A stretch of 64,000 bases of DNA from an uncultured delta proteobacterium (GCA_963806225.1 CAWDXG010000004.1:256001-320000), one strand, 5' to 3'; shown: positions 52,057 to 64,000, counted from the stretch's first letter. Program-made: numbers and translations. The notes: generated by a model not told the origin, from the letters alone.

Positions 52057-53524
52057 CATTCGTGTTCGGTTAACGCCGCGGCCGGGGCGTACCGCGGCGC
52101 TGACGCGCGTCGGATTCCTGGATCATTTCGATCCGTTACGCGTGCAGGTTGCAGTGGGGCGCCCCCTTCGATCTTCTCCAGGTGTCCAAGCCAGAAGAAA
52201 GGTCGAAAGGAATGCCCCAGCCGCAAGAGAGCCAGATCCGCCAGCAGTTGACCAGCTTGATTTCGCCGCAGCTGATCCGCCGGCGGGCGCGCAGCCTCGG
52301 CGCGGTGAAGCGGCGCCGGCGGGTCGATCCCGTCGCGCTCGTCTACGTGTTGGTGCTCGGCTTCGGCCGTGGCCGCACCAGGACGCTGGCCGCGCTCCGC
52401 CGCGCGTACGCGCTGGCCACCGGAGTCACGCTAGCCCCGTCAGCGTTCTACGATCGCTTCACGCCGGAGCTGGCGGAGTTGATGCGCCAGCTCACCGAGG
52501 TCGCGTTCGCCAAGCTCGCCAACAGCGACTCCCGCCTCGCTCTCGCGCTGTCGGCCTTCGCGAAGGTCTTCGTCGTCGACGGCTCCCTCATCCGGCTACG
52601 CGATGCTCTCGAGGCCGACTACCCCTCGGTGTGGACCAATCACACCAAGGCCAGCGCGAAGCTCCATGTGGTGATCGATGGCGCCCATCGCACACCCGAG
52701 CAGATCCAGATCGTGCCCGGCGCGCGCCACGATCTGAATCTGCTCGCGGTGGGCCCATGGTGCCGCAGCAGCCTGCTGCTCTTCGACCTCGCCTACTACC
52801 AGGGCAAGCTGTTCCGGAAGATCATCGACCACGGCGGCAGCTTCCTCTGCCGTGTGAAAAAGGACGCCAACTTCGTCATCGCTGCAGCGAGCAAGGCCTC
52901 GTGGGTCGGTTGCAAGCATCGCGACATCATCGGGACCATGAAGGGTCACTCCTTCGAAGTGGAAGTCGACTACATCTACCGCAACGCCCCCGAGCGCGAC
53001 TGGAGGGCGCGTCACATCCGCCTGCGCTTGATTGCCGACTGGGACTCCCGCAGCCGCGCGCACCGCCTCTACCTCACCAACGCCCCGCAGGCGCAGCTCG
53101 GCGCATCGACAGCTGCCGGCGTGTACGCCATGCGCTGGGAAGTCGAGCTGCTATTCCGCGAACTGAAAAGCCAACTCCGGATGGAGCAGATGCCGAGCGG
53201 CAACAAGGCAGCCTCCGAGTGCCTCATCTATTCGACGCTCCTTGCCCTGGCCTTCGGCCGCTGCCTGCACCGCGCTCTCGCGAAAGGCGAGAGCGCGCGC
53301 CGCCTCTTCCAGCGATGTCCTGTCGATCGCTGGGCCGCCGTCTTTCGCGCCGCCGCCGCCAGCGTGCTCGACCTGCTGGTCGCGCCGCCCCCACTCCGCC
53401 GCCGACTCGATCGCCGCCTCCGCGACGTGCTCCGCCGCGAAATGCGCGACCCCAACACCCGCCGACTTCTGCTCAGATCACGCGCCCAACTCGGTCGACT
53501 CGCTGCGTAAACCGATCACGAATG
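52057..53524 (+). mobile_element. IS4-family insertion sequence (1468 bp)
   Basis: Terminal IRs CATTCGTGTTCGGTTAACGC / CATTCGTGATCGGTTTACGC (18/20); 10-bp TSD AACGCCCAGA at 52047-52056 and 53525-53534. Confidence 0.93.
52149..53510 (+). CDS. IS4-family DDE transposase (start possibly 52212)
   Basis: VVDGS, KLHV, FDLAYY, YAMRWEVELLFRELK (YREK motif). Confidence 0.93.
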   Translation: MQWGAPFDLLQVSKPEERSKGMPQPQESQIRQQLTSLISPQLIRRRARSLGAVKRRRRVDPVALVYVLVLGFGRGRTRTLAALRRAYALATGVTLAPSAFYDRFTPELAELMRQLTEVAFAKLANSDSRLALALSAFAKVFVVDGSLIRLRDALEADYPSVWTNHTKASAKLHVVIDGAHRTPEQIQIVPGARHDLNLLAVGPWCRSSLLLFDLAYYQGKLFRKIIDHGGSFLCRVKKDANFVIAAASKASWVGCKHRDIIGTMKGHSFEVEVDYIYRNAPERDWRARHIRLRLIADWDSRSRAHRLYLTNAPQAQLGASTAAGVYAMRWEVELLFRELKSQLRMEQMPSGNKAASECLIYSTLLALAFGRCLHRALAKGESARRLFQRCPVDRWAAVFRAAAASVLDLLVAPPPLRRRLDRRLRDVLRREMRDPNTRRLLLRSRAQLGRLAA

Positions 53525-53702
53525 AACGCCCAGACTGCGAAGTCGTCCCCGGGCTATGCTGAACAAGAAGACAGCGTCGCGCTGACCGGGCTGCGCGTTG
53601 CGGCTGTCGAAGCGCGGCGCGCTCGGTTCAGCGGGGGCGACGCTTTCGACACGGGAGTATCCGCTTGTTTTCGAGCGACGCCGTCGATAACGTGCATCAT
53701 GA

Positions 53703-54815
53703 GTGTCCAGGCCCTGCAGTGCAGATCTCCGCGTTACGCGGGCGCTCATCGAGCAACTGAACACTTTCGACCTGGCTGTACCCGGAGCGGCGCTGGAAGC
53801 GCTGATGCCCGAGCTGCAGGAGGCGCTGGCAACTGATTGCGTGGCGGCCTGGTCGCCAGGCATTTCGGACACGGGCTACCAGCTGGAACGGGCGGTCGTC
53901 GCTGGCCGGCCGTCAGGCGCCGCCGAGGGTGCGGGGCGCGCCCTCGATGACTGGCTGCGGTCGGGACGAAAGTATCTTTCGCTCTACGATCCGGCCGATG
54001 TCGCGCCCGCTCAGCGCAACGTCGTCATCGAGTTGCCGTCCCAGACGGCACTCGACGCCGGCCTGGTGAGGAGAGTCGCGACGGAGCGATTCAAAGTGCC
54101 GCGGCAAGCGATCGACGAGATGGTCGCGGCCTACTCGCGTATGGGGCCAGCATACGTTCGGATCTCCGCGCAGCACCACCTGCAGCTGCGCGTGCTCGTG
54201 ACCGACGGTCGCGCGCTGCTTGCCTGGGTGGGAGCGCTGCAGCCGGAATCGTTCAGCGCGCGGCAACGATTCGTGTTTCGACGGATCGTACCGGCGCTCC
54301 AGCGGCGATTGAAGCTGGAAGCCCAGCTTCGCACCGTGCCACTTCTCGAAGCGGCGCTCGATGCAGCACTGGATCGCCTTCCGAGTGAAGCGTTCGTGAT
54401 CGATGCCAAAGGACGGGTCCACGTGGCGAACGCTGCGGGCCAGGCGTCGCTCGCGCGATCCCGGGCGACAGTGCGGGAACGGCTCCAGCACGCGCTGGCG
54501 AGCCAGTCGGACACAGCGTTCGAGCTTGTGGAGCTCGCAGCAAGCGGCCTGCCGAAGCACTACCTGGCCATCAAGCGGGCGCAGGGCAGTGCGAGAACGT
54601 CAGCGCTCGCGGCAGTGGCGCGATCCCGCTTCGGACTTACCAAGCGCGAGACGGATGTGCTGCAGCAGGTGCTCGGAGGCTGCACCAACAAGCAGATCGC
54701 TGTCGTGCTCGGCTGTGCGGAACGCACTGTGGAAGTGCACGTCGGCCGGCTCCTGGCGAAGTGCGGTGTGGACACGCGCTCGGCGCTCGTGGCGCGCATC
54801 TGCCTCGAGTGCTGA
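53703..54815 (+). CDS. LuxR-family regulator with PAS-like region
   Basis: AFVIDAKGRVHVANAAG; LTKRETDVLQQVLGGCTNKQIAVVLGCAERTVEVHV. Confidence 0.85.
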   Translation: MSRPCSADLRVTRALIEQLNTFDLAVPGAALEALMPELQEALATDCVAAWSPGISDTGYQLERAVVAGRPSGAAEGAGRALDDWLRSGRKYLSLYDPADVAPAQRNVVIELPSQTALDAGLVRRVATERFKVPRQAIDEMVAAYSRMGPAYVRISAQHHLQLRVLVTDGRALLAWVGALQPESFSARQRFVFRRIVPALQRRLKLEAQLRTVPLLEAALDAALDRLPSEAFVIDAKGRVHVANAAGQASLARSRATVRERLQHALASQSDTAFELVELAASGLPKHYLAIKRAQGSARTSALAAVARSRFGLTKRETDVLQQVLGGCTNKQIAVVLGCAERTVEVHVGRLLAKCGVDTRSALVARICLEC

Positions 54816-54837
54816 CAGCGGGGACGCGGCCAGCGGC

Positions 54838-55194
54838 CTATGCGAACAGCTGGCGGGCCACTTCCTCGGCATGGGTGAGCGGTAGCATGTGCGAATGGGC
54901 TTCGAGCACCGCCAGCGCCGCGTTCTCTCCGAGCGCGGCTAGGCGCTCGCCTTCGACCAGGGGGACGAGCGGATCGTGGCGGGCGTGTAGAACGACCGTC
55001 GGCGTCGTGTAGCGCGCGATGCGCGCGCCTTCCTGCCCGAAGACCAGCAAGCTCTCGATGGCGCGCGCGAGGCGCTCGGTCGGCTCTTTCTCGGCGCGGC
55101 GAAAGGCATCTATTCCGGGCTCATCGCGTTCGTCGGGGTGCAGGAACGGATCGAGGAATTGCGGCACCAGGAGGGCCAGGAAGTCCAACCCCAT
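54838..55194 (-). pseudogene. Alpha/beta-hydrolase C-terminal fragment fused to the repeat ATG
   Basis: PTVVLHARHDPLVP...SHMLPLTHAEEV; in frame with MGLDFLAL of copy 11. Confidence 0.75.
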
Positions 55195-55343
55195 TCCCGA
55201 AGTGTACGCCTGGCGGCAGAGCCGGGACAGTGGAGCGGGGGTCAACGGCGCGGATCGGCGCGGACAGGCTGGTGGAAGGGCGTAACCACCGGGAATCAGT
55301 GGACATAACGCCCAGACTGCGAAGTCGTCCCCGGGCTATGCTG
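55172..55343 (+). repeat. 172-bp array repeat, copy 11 (consensus; probable native oriIS region of the adjacent transposase)
   Basis: Exact consensus; outer end 261 bp downstream of the transposase stop. Confidence 0.97.
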
Positions 55344-55432
55344 ATCGAATCCAACGCGCACCGGTGCGCTGGGTCGCGGGAGGCGGCCCGCCTCTGGGCT
55401 TGGGTTGGGCGCTCGCCAGGCGCGCGGTCTGG

Positions 55433-57041
55433 CTAGGGGTCGGGCGGCGGGAGGTCGAGGAGATCGGGCGCGGCGTGGGCTGGCAGGATCGGGGGTGGCG
55501 CCGCGGGGAGACGCAGCTCCTGAAGGACGGTGCGGGCTGCGTCGGGATCGGTGACGAGGGCGGTGAAGCGGAGGCGGCCGCCGCAGGGGCACGCGAGGGC
55601 GTCGATGTCGTAGACGCGACGCAGGAGCGTGGCCCAGTCGATGCGGGAGATGGCGCTCTCGAAAGTCCGGAGGGCGTCGCAATCCGCGATAGCACGAGTA
55701 GCCGGCGTGTCGGTGGCGACGCTGCGCTTCACCGGTGGTGGTGAGCACGAGGCGATCGGCACGCCGCCCTGCTCGACATTGCTCTTCGCGCTCTCGTCAG
55801 GCGCGGATGCGCAGCGTTCGGGCGCTGGGTCGTCCTGGCGCTGGGTCTTGCTTTCGCGGCTCGCACGTGTGCTCGAGCACGACTGGGGATTTCGTTCGCT
55901 GTGCCTGGGCGCGAGCGCGACGACGGCGCCCCGGTGGGGAAAGTTGGGGGCGATGGCGCCGTGGAAGCGGATGAGTGGCGTGCGCGGTGGCGGCACGAGC
56001 GCGGCGAGACGAGCGAGAAATTCGAGCGGCTCCATCACGCGGTGGGTCTGGTCGGGGCGCCACGGGCTCTTGATCTGGTAGGCGACGTGGCCGCTGGGGA
56101 GCAGACTCAAGCGTTCGAGGCTGAAGGGCGGGCGACCGCAGTAGCGAAGCAGCAGCTCTCGGCCGAAGCTGTTGCCGGCGGGGACGCACACGGCAGCGTG
56201 CAGGCCGAAGCCCTGCGCCTCACCCAGGTAGCGGCTGCGGCGACCGCGCGGTGGCTGGAGTTTGGCGAGCTCGGCCTGCTCTTCAGCGTCTGCGGGCCGA
56301 GCGTTCTCGCCGGGCACGGATGCGAGCACGCCGATGCCAAGGGAGAGCTGGGTGCAGCTATCGAGGGCGGATTGTTCCGGCGGCTCGTTGTTGAAGTGAT
56401 CGGGCTCGGGCGTGATGAGGCCGCGGCGTTCGAGCCAGCGGATGAAGCGGGTGGCGATGCGATCGCAGAGGGCGTCGATCTCGTCGCGCCCGGGTGGCGG
56501 GAGCTGGTGGAAGCGCGCCCGGGAAATGGCGCCGGGCGTGGAGCCCGGCTCGATCGCAAACACACCGTCGACGAACGCGGCGTGGTTGTGGGTATTGAGG
56601 TTGAGACTGCCGCCGAAGCGCTGGGGGAACGAGACGCCGGCGCCGCGCACGCTCTCGCCGGGGCGCTTTCCGATGCCGGCCTGTCGGGCACGGCGCTCGT
56701 GGAAGCGGAGCAACTCTTCGGCCTGGATGCGGCACATGGCGCCGAAGGCGGTGGCGTTCCTGGCCAGGAGCAGGCGCAGGTCGAAGGGTACGGTGAGCAC
56801 CCACTGCCGCAGCGGCACATCGGGGAAGACGCGGTCGACCAGGTGGGCGGCGGTGTTGTGCATCCGGCGGGCGCTGCACGAAGGGCAGACGCCGCGGCGC
56901 TTGCACGAAAAAGCCAGGAGAAGCGACGCCCTCGAGGTGTTGCTGCACGATCCGGTACAGCGCCGTCTGTTCGGGCTGACGGCGGCGCCGGTAGCCGGGC
57001 GAGGCAACGTCGCTGATGTCGGGAGCGCGCGGGCGCAGCAC
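55433..57041 (-). pseudogene. ISCR/IS91-like rolling-circle HUH transposase with internal deletion and frameshift near 56930
   Basis: YRRRRQPEQTALYRIVQQHLE joined out of frame to LAFSCKRRGVCPSC; RQWVLTVP, QRFGGSLNLNTHNH, GFGLHA, single-Tyr LRYCGRP, PLEFLARLAALVPPPR, RFHG, WATLLRRVY...CPCGG. Confidence 0.9.
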
Positions 57042-57309
57042 GTGCTGCGCTTTGGCAAGCGGCGCGCCTGCTCCAAGTGTGCGGGATCACACGTGCCAGG
57101 GGTGGCGGGTGCCGGGTTCGCCGGCGGCGGTCGCCAGGCTGGCCGGTTCTTCTACCGCGCCGGTCCCACTGCGCGGGCTCGCCCGGAAGCCCGGGATCAC
57201 GACGGACCCCGCCGGGCCCGCGCCCGCCGGCGCGCCTCCAGCTCCGGCTGCCCACCCAGCGCGGGAGGCCGTCCGCCAGGCCCGCACAGCTTGAAACTGT
57301 CGATCGCGA

Positions 57310-57621
57310 TCAGTCCGGAGCCGTCGAAGCAGCGCATGCGATATGGACCAGCCGCGCCAGGTCGTCGCCGCTCCAGCCGTAGCCGTCGGTCCACTCCGCG
57401 AGCCACGCCAACGCGGCGGCGGGATCGGCGAGCGCGTTCAAATCGTCCCAGTGGCTGAAAGCTGGATCACAGGTCACGCCCTTGTGGGCGAGCGCCAGCT
57501 TCGTGACGGTCATCGTGTCCACGTCGAGCTGCCAGGTCACGATGGCGGGCACACCCAGAAGCGACCCGCCGCAGCGGTCGCAGCGGAGCACCGAATCGAC
57601 GGTCATGGGTTTCTTGGTCAT
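57310..57621 (-). CDS. Small hypothetical protein with CxxC
   Basis: GGAGAG RBS-like sequence, LRCDRCGG. Confidence 0.5.
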   Translation of the reverse strand: MTKKPMTVDSVLRCDRCGGSLLGVPAIVTWQLDVDTMTVTKLALAHKGVTCDPAFSHWDDLNALADPAAALAWLAEWTDGYGWSGDDLARLVHIACAASTAPD

Positions 57622-57682
57622 GGTTCTGCTCTCCGTCCGGCCGGATACCCCATCACTGGCGCGGGGCCGGCTCCAACGGCCG

Positions 57683-57900
57683 TCACGACGCGGCGCCCCC
57701 GAGCGCCTCCTGCTTGCCGTCCAGCATCCGCTCACGCTCCAGCAGGATGCGGCGGGCCTCCTCGGGCTGCCCGGCGTGCAGCGCCCGCCGGATGGCCCTC
57801 AGCGTGGCCAGCTCGGCCTGGCGCTGGTCGGTGTGCAGGACCTGGCCGAGCTGGGATCCAGCCGGCGGGATCCTATCCGCCGCCGTCGGCTGCCCGTCGT
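57683..57900 (-). CDS. Small hypothetical ORF at the island end (start uncertain)
   Basis: Helical protein-like QAELATLRAIRRALHAGQPEEARRILLERE. Confidence 0.3.
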
Positions 57901-57948
57901 TGTCACGCGGGGCTGGCGACGTGTCCCGCCCACTGGAAGGAGCTGCTG

Positions 57949-59611
57949 TCAGGCTTCCGACGCCAGCGCCAGCTCCGGCGCGATCGAGGTCTCGCCCGAG
58001 ACGGGCGCCTCGTCGGTTTCCCGCAGGTTCTCTTCGAGCCAGGCTTCGTCGCCCTTTTCCGCGATGGCCTTCTGCTGCAGGTCGAGCTGCTCGTACACGT
58101 AGGGCAGCATGGACTCGAAGTGGACGTACAGGACGCTCAGCGTCGCGAGCGCCTCGAGCCCCGCACGGTTCTTCGTCACCACGCGCCAGAGCGCCTTCCA
58201 GAACGGGCCCCGCGTGGCCTTCATGCGCGTCATCTTCACGCACAGGCGCAGGAACGTGCGCACATTGCGGAAGAAGATGTACCAGCCCGGGATCATCACG
58301 GGGACGGTGTTCAGGCGCGTGGCGACATCGGCGCAGCGCTTGAAGTATTGCTCCGGGTCGAACGAGTGATGCATCACGCGCTCGAGGTCGCGGATGACAT
58401 CGGCCGGCGGTCGCTGCGCCTTGAACTGCAGGCCCGCGGAGACCTGGTCGCGCGCGCCTTCGGCGATGCTGTAGCGCGCTTTGGGGAACAGGCGGTGCTC
58501 GCGGTCGAGGCGCTTCGATAGCTGCGTGCCGGGCAGCGGATAGACGACGCCCGCCATCACCCAGGGAATGCATGCGTCGTCGATACAGCCGATGATCTCG
58601 TCGGCGATGTTGTCTGGCTCGCCGTCGAGCCCGATCAAGAAGCCGGAGTGCAGCGTCGCGCCCGCCTCCCGGTAGATGCGGTCGGTGGCTTCCGCGATCG
58701 AAAACCCGGTGTTCTGCGGCTTCTGGGCGCCCTTGAGCGCCGACTCGCTGGGCGTCTCGATGCCAACCAGCATCGCCTTGAAGCGCGCCTCGCGTAGCAG
58801 GGTCAGGAGCTCCGGATCGCTCGCCACGTTCAGCGTCACGGATGTCGACAGCGTGAACGGGTAGTTGTGCTTCTTCAGCCAGTCCGCGATACCGCGCAGG
58901 AACGGCTTCACGTCCTTGAGGTGTCCGACCAGGTTGTCGTCGAAGAAGTCGAGCTGCCCACGATAGCCGAGGTCGTAGAGCTGCTGGAACTCGGCCAGCA
59001 CCTGCTCCAGCGTCTTGGTCCGGTACTTGTTCTTGAACAGGTCGATGACGTTGCAGAACTCGCAGTGATACGGGCAACCACGCGAGTACTGCACCCCGAT
59101 GTACAGGTAGTCGCGGTGGTTGATCAGGTCGAAGCGCGGCACCGGGCTCTCTTCCTTGAGATCCGGCAGGCGGTCGGCGTGGAACTCGCCCCGCGTCTCG
59201 CCGCGCTCCAGCGCCTGCGAGCAGCATCGGCACGGTGACCTCGCCCTCGTCGAAGCACAGGAAGTTGGCGTCCGCTTCCCGGTAGAACTGCGGGCTGAGC
59301 GTCGGATCGGGACCGCCGACGACGACCGGCAGGCCCAGCGCCCGCGCCTTCTTGATCACCTCGACCGCACGACCGCGGTGGACGATCTTGCTGCCGACCA
59401 TCACGATATCGGCCCAGTCGAGATCGGCTTCCTCCAGCATCCGCACGTTCTCGTCGACGAGGCGGATGTCCCAGTCCTGGGGCAGGAGCGCCGCCACGGT
59501 GAGCAGACCGAGCGGCGGTGTCATGTACTTCACGCCCGCGAGCTCGCACACCTTCTCGAAGTTCCAGAACGAGAAGCTGTCGAACTTGGGCCAGAGCAGG
59601 AGCGCTTTCAC
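57949..59611 (-). CDS. B12-binding radical SAM protein (DUF4070-type), frameshift near 59218
   Basis: PPLGLLTVAALLP, VVGGPD; SRGCPYHCEFC; DDN; VGIETP. Confidence 0.9.
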
Positions 59612-59714
59612 GCGCGAGACGCTAGCCCCCGGCGCGCGCGTCTGCATTGACCGCAGTCAACGGACGAGCAGCCCGGCGTGTCGAAAACCGGCGGAGAGCC
59701 GCCGCGCCGCCGCC

Positions 59715-62211
<2,497 letters not shown>

Positions 62212-62232
62212 GTACGGTGTGACAGGCCGGAC

Positions 62233-63486
<1,254 letters not shown>

Positions 63487-63635
63487 TTGTACCCTCGACG
63501 CGGCTTCGATCCGCGCACAATGGCTAGTAATCCGGAAAGAAGTCTAAAGCCCGCGCCCAGGGGTCGCAAGGTTCGGGCAGCCGCCCGGCCCTGCCCGGCC
63601 CAACCGATGCCGGGCCCGACCTGACGCCGCTGGCT

Positions 63636-64000
63636 CTAATCCTTCTTCTTGTGCTCGAAGATCTCGTCGATGAGCCCGTACTCCAGGGCCTGCGCCGGGC
63701 CCATATAGAAGTCGCGCTCGATGTCCCGCGTGATGTCCTCGCGCGGCTTGCCGGTCGAACGCACCAGGATGTCGGTCACGACGTCCTTCATATGACGGAT
63801 CTCACGGGCCTGGATCTCGATGTCCGTGGCCTGGCCGCGGGCGCCGCCCAGCGGCTGGTGGATCATGATGCGCGAATGCGGCAGGGCGTAGCGCCGGCCC
63901 TTGCCGCCGGCACCGAGCAGCAGCGCACCCATGCTGGCCGCTTGGCCGATGCAGATCGTGCTGACCGGGCAACGGACGTACTGCATGGTGTCGTAGATGG
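63636..64000 (-). CDS. clpP: ClpP proteolytic subunit, 5' partial
   Basis: [35 protein letters not shown]. Confidence 0.97.
   Translation of the reverse strand, partial: IYDTMQYVRCPVSTICIGQAASMGALLLGAGGKGRRYALPHSRIMIHQPLGGARGQATDIEIQAREIRHMKDVVTDILVRSTGKPREDITRDIERDFYMGPAQALEYGLIDEIFEHKKKD

Larger units (their letters stand above)
51912..53561 (+). repeat. 172-bp array repeat, copy 10, interrupted by an IS4-family element
   Basis: 51912-52056 plus 53535-53561 reconstitute the consensus. Confidence 0.95.
18622..57933. mobile_element. Genomic island integrated at the tRNA-Val 3' end (~39 kb)
   Basis: Direct repeat TGTCCCGCCCAC at 18622-18633 and 57922-57933 (15/16 including the preceding GAC); integrase remnant next to the tRNA; core genes resume at 57949. 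Confidence 0.8.

Noticed and set aside
55240..55245. TTGACC in the repeat (minus strand) as the -35 partner of TACACT
   Set aside because: The spacing is 33 bp, incompatible with a sigma70 promoter.
19426..55343. CRISPR array interpretation of the repeats
   Set aside because: Repeats are 172 bp, spacers are 0.8-8 kb, and there are no cas genes in the window.
19426..55343. Integron/attC cassette array
   Set aside because: No RYYYAAC...GTTRRRY end-to-end palindrome, spacers hold broken and bidirectional genes, and neither integrase fragment shows the IntI-specific insertion.
19426..55343. Ordinary MITE insertions
   Set aside because: No terminal inverted repeats or target duplications, a single orientation, non-collinear flanks, and absence from the flanking core DNA.

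Overview
GC-rich myxobacterial-type DNA (MYXO-CTERM and Cys-rich lipoproteins suggest Myxococcota; this is an inference). Ordinary chromosomal genes fill 1-18.4 kb (TetR/radical SAM/SCP2-E1 operon, phosphatase, VWA lipoprotein, tRNA-Asp, flavoprotein reductase/glycosyltransferase cluster, ald) and 57.9-64 kb (B12 radical SAM, lon, clpX, clpP). Between them is a ~39 kb island integrated at tRNA-Val(TAC), bounded by the direct repeat TGTCCCGCCCAC at 18622-18633 and 57922-57933. Almost the whole island is an array of 11 same-orientation, near-identical ~172-bp repeats separated by 0.85-8.2 kb unique segments. These segments are unrelated pieces of chromosomal-type DNA, often cut mid-gene exactly at the repeat edge. 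The last repeat lies just downstream of an ISCR/IS91-like HUH transposase gene (now internally deleted). The repeat's outer end resembles an ISCR oriIS and carries an outward -10 box plus an ATG that is in frame with several captured gene fragments. Repeat variants are shared between neighbouring copies, and the most diverged copy is the farthest from the transposase. The candidate novel system is therefore a rolling-circle-transposase-associated DNA-capture array with kilobase spacers. Misassembly through the repeat must be excluded with reads. Single-base frameshifts in lon and other genes suggest residual indel errors in the assembly.
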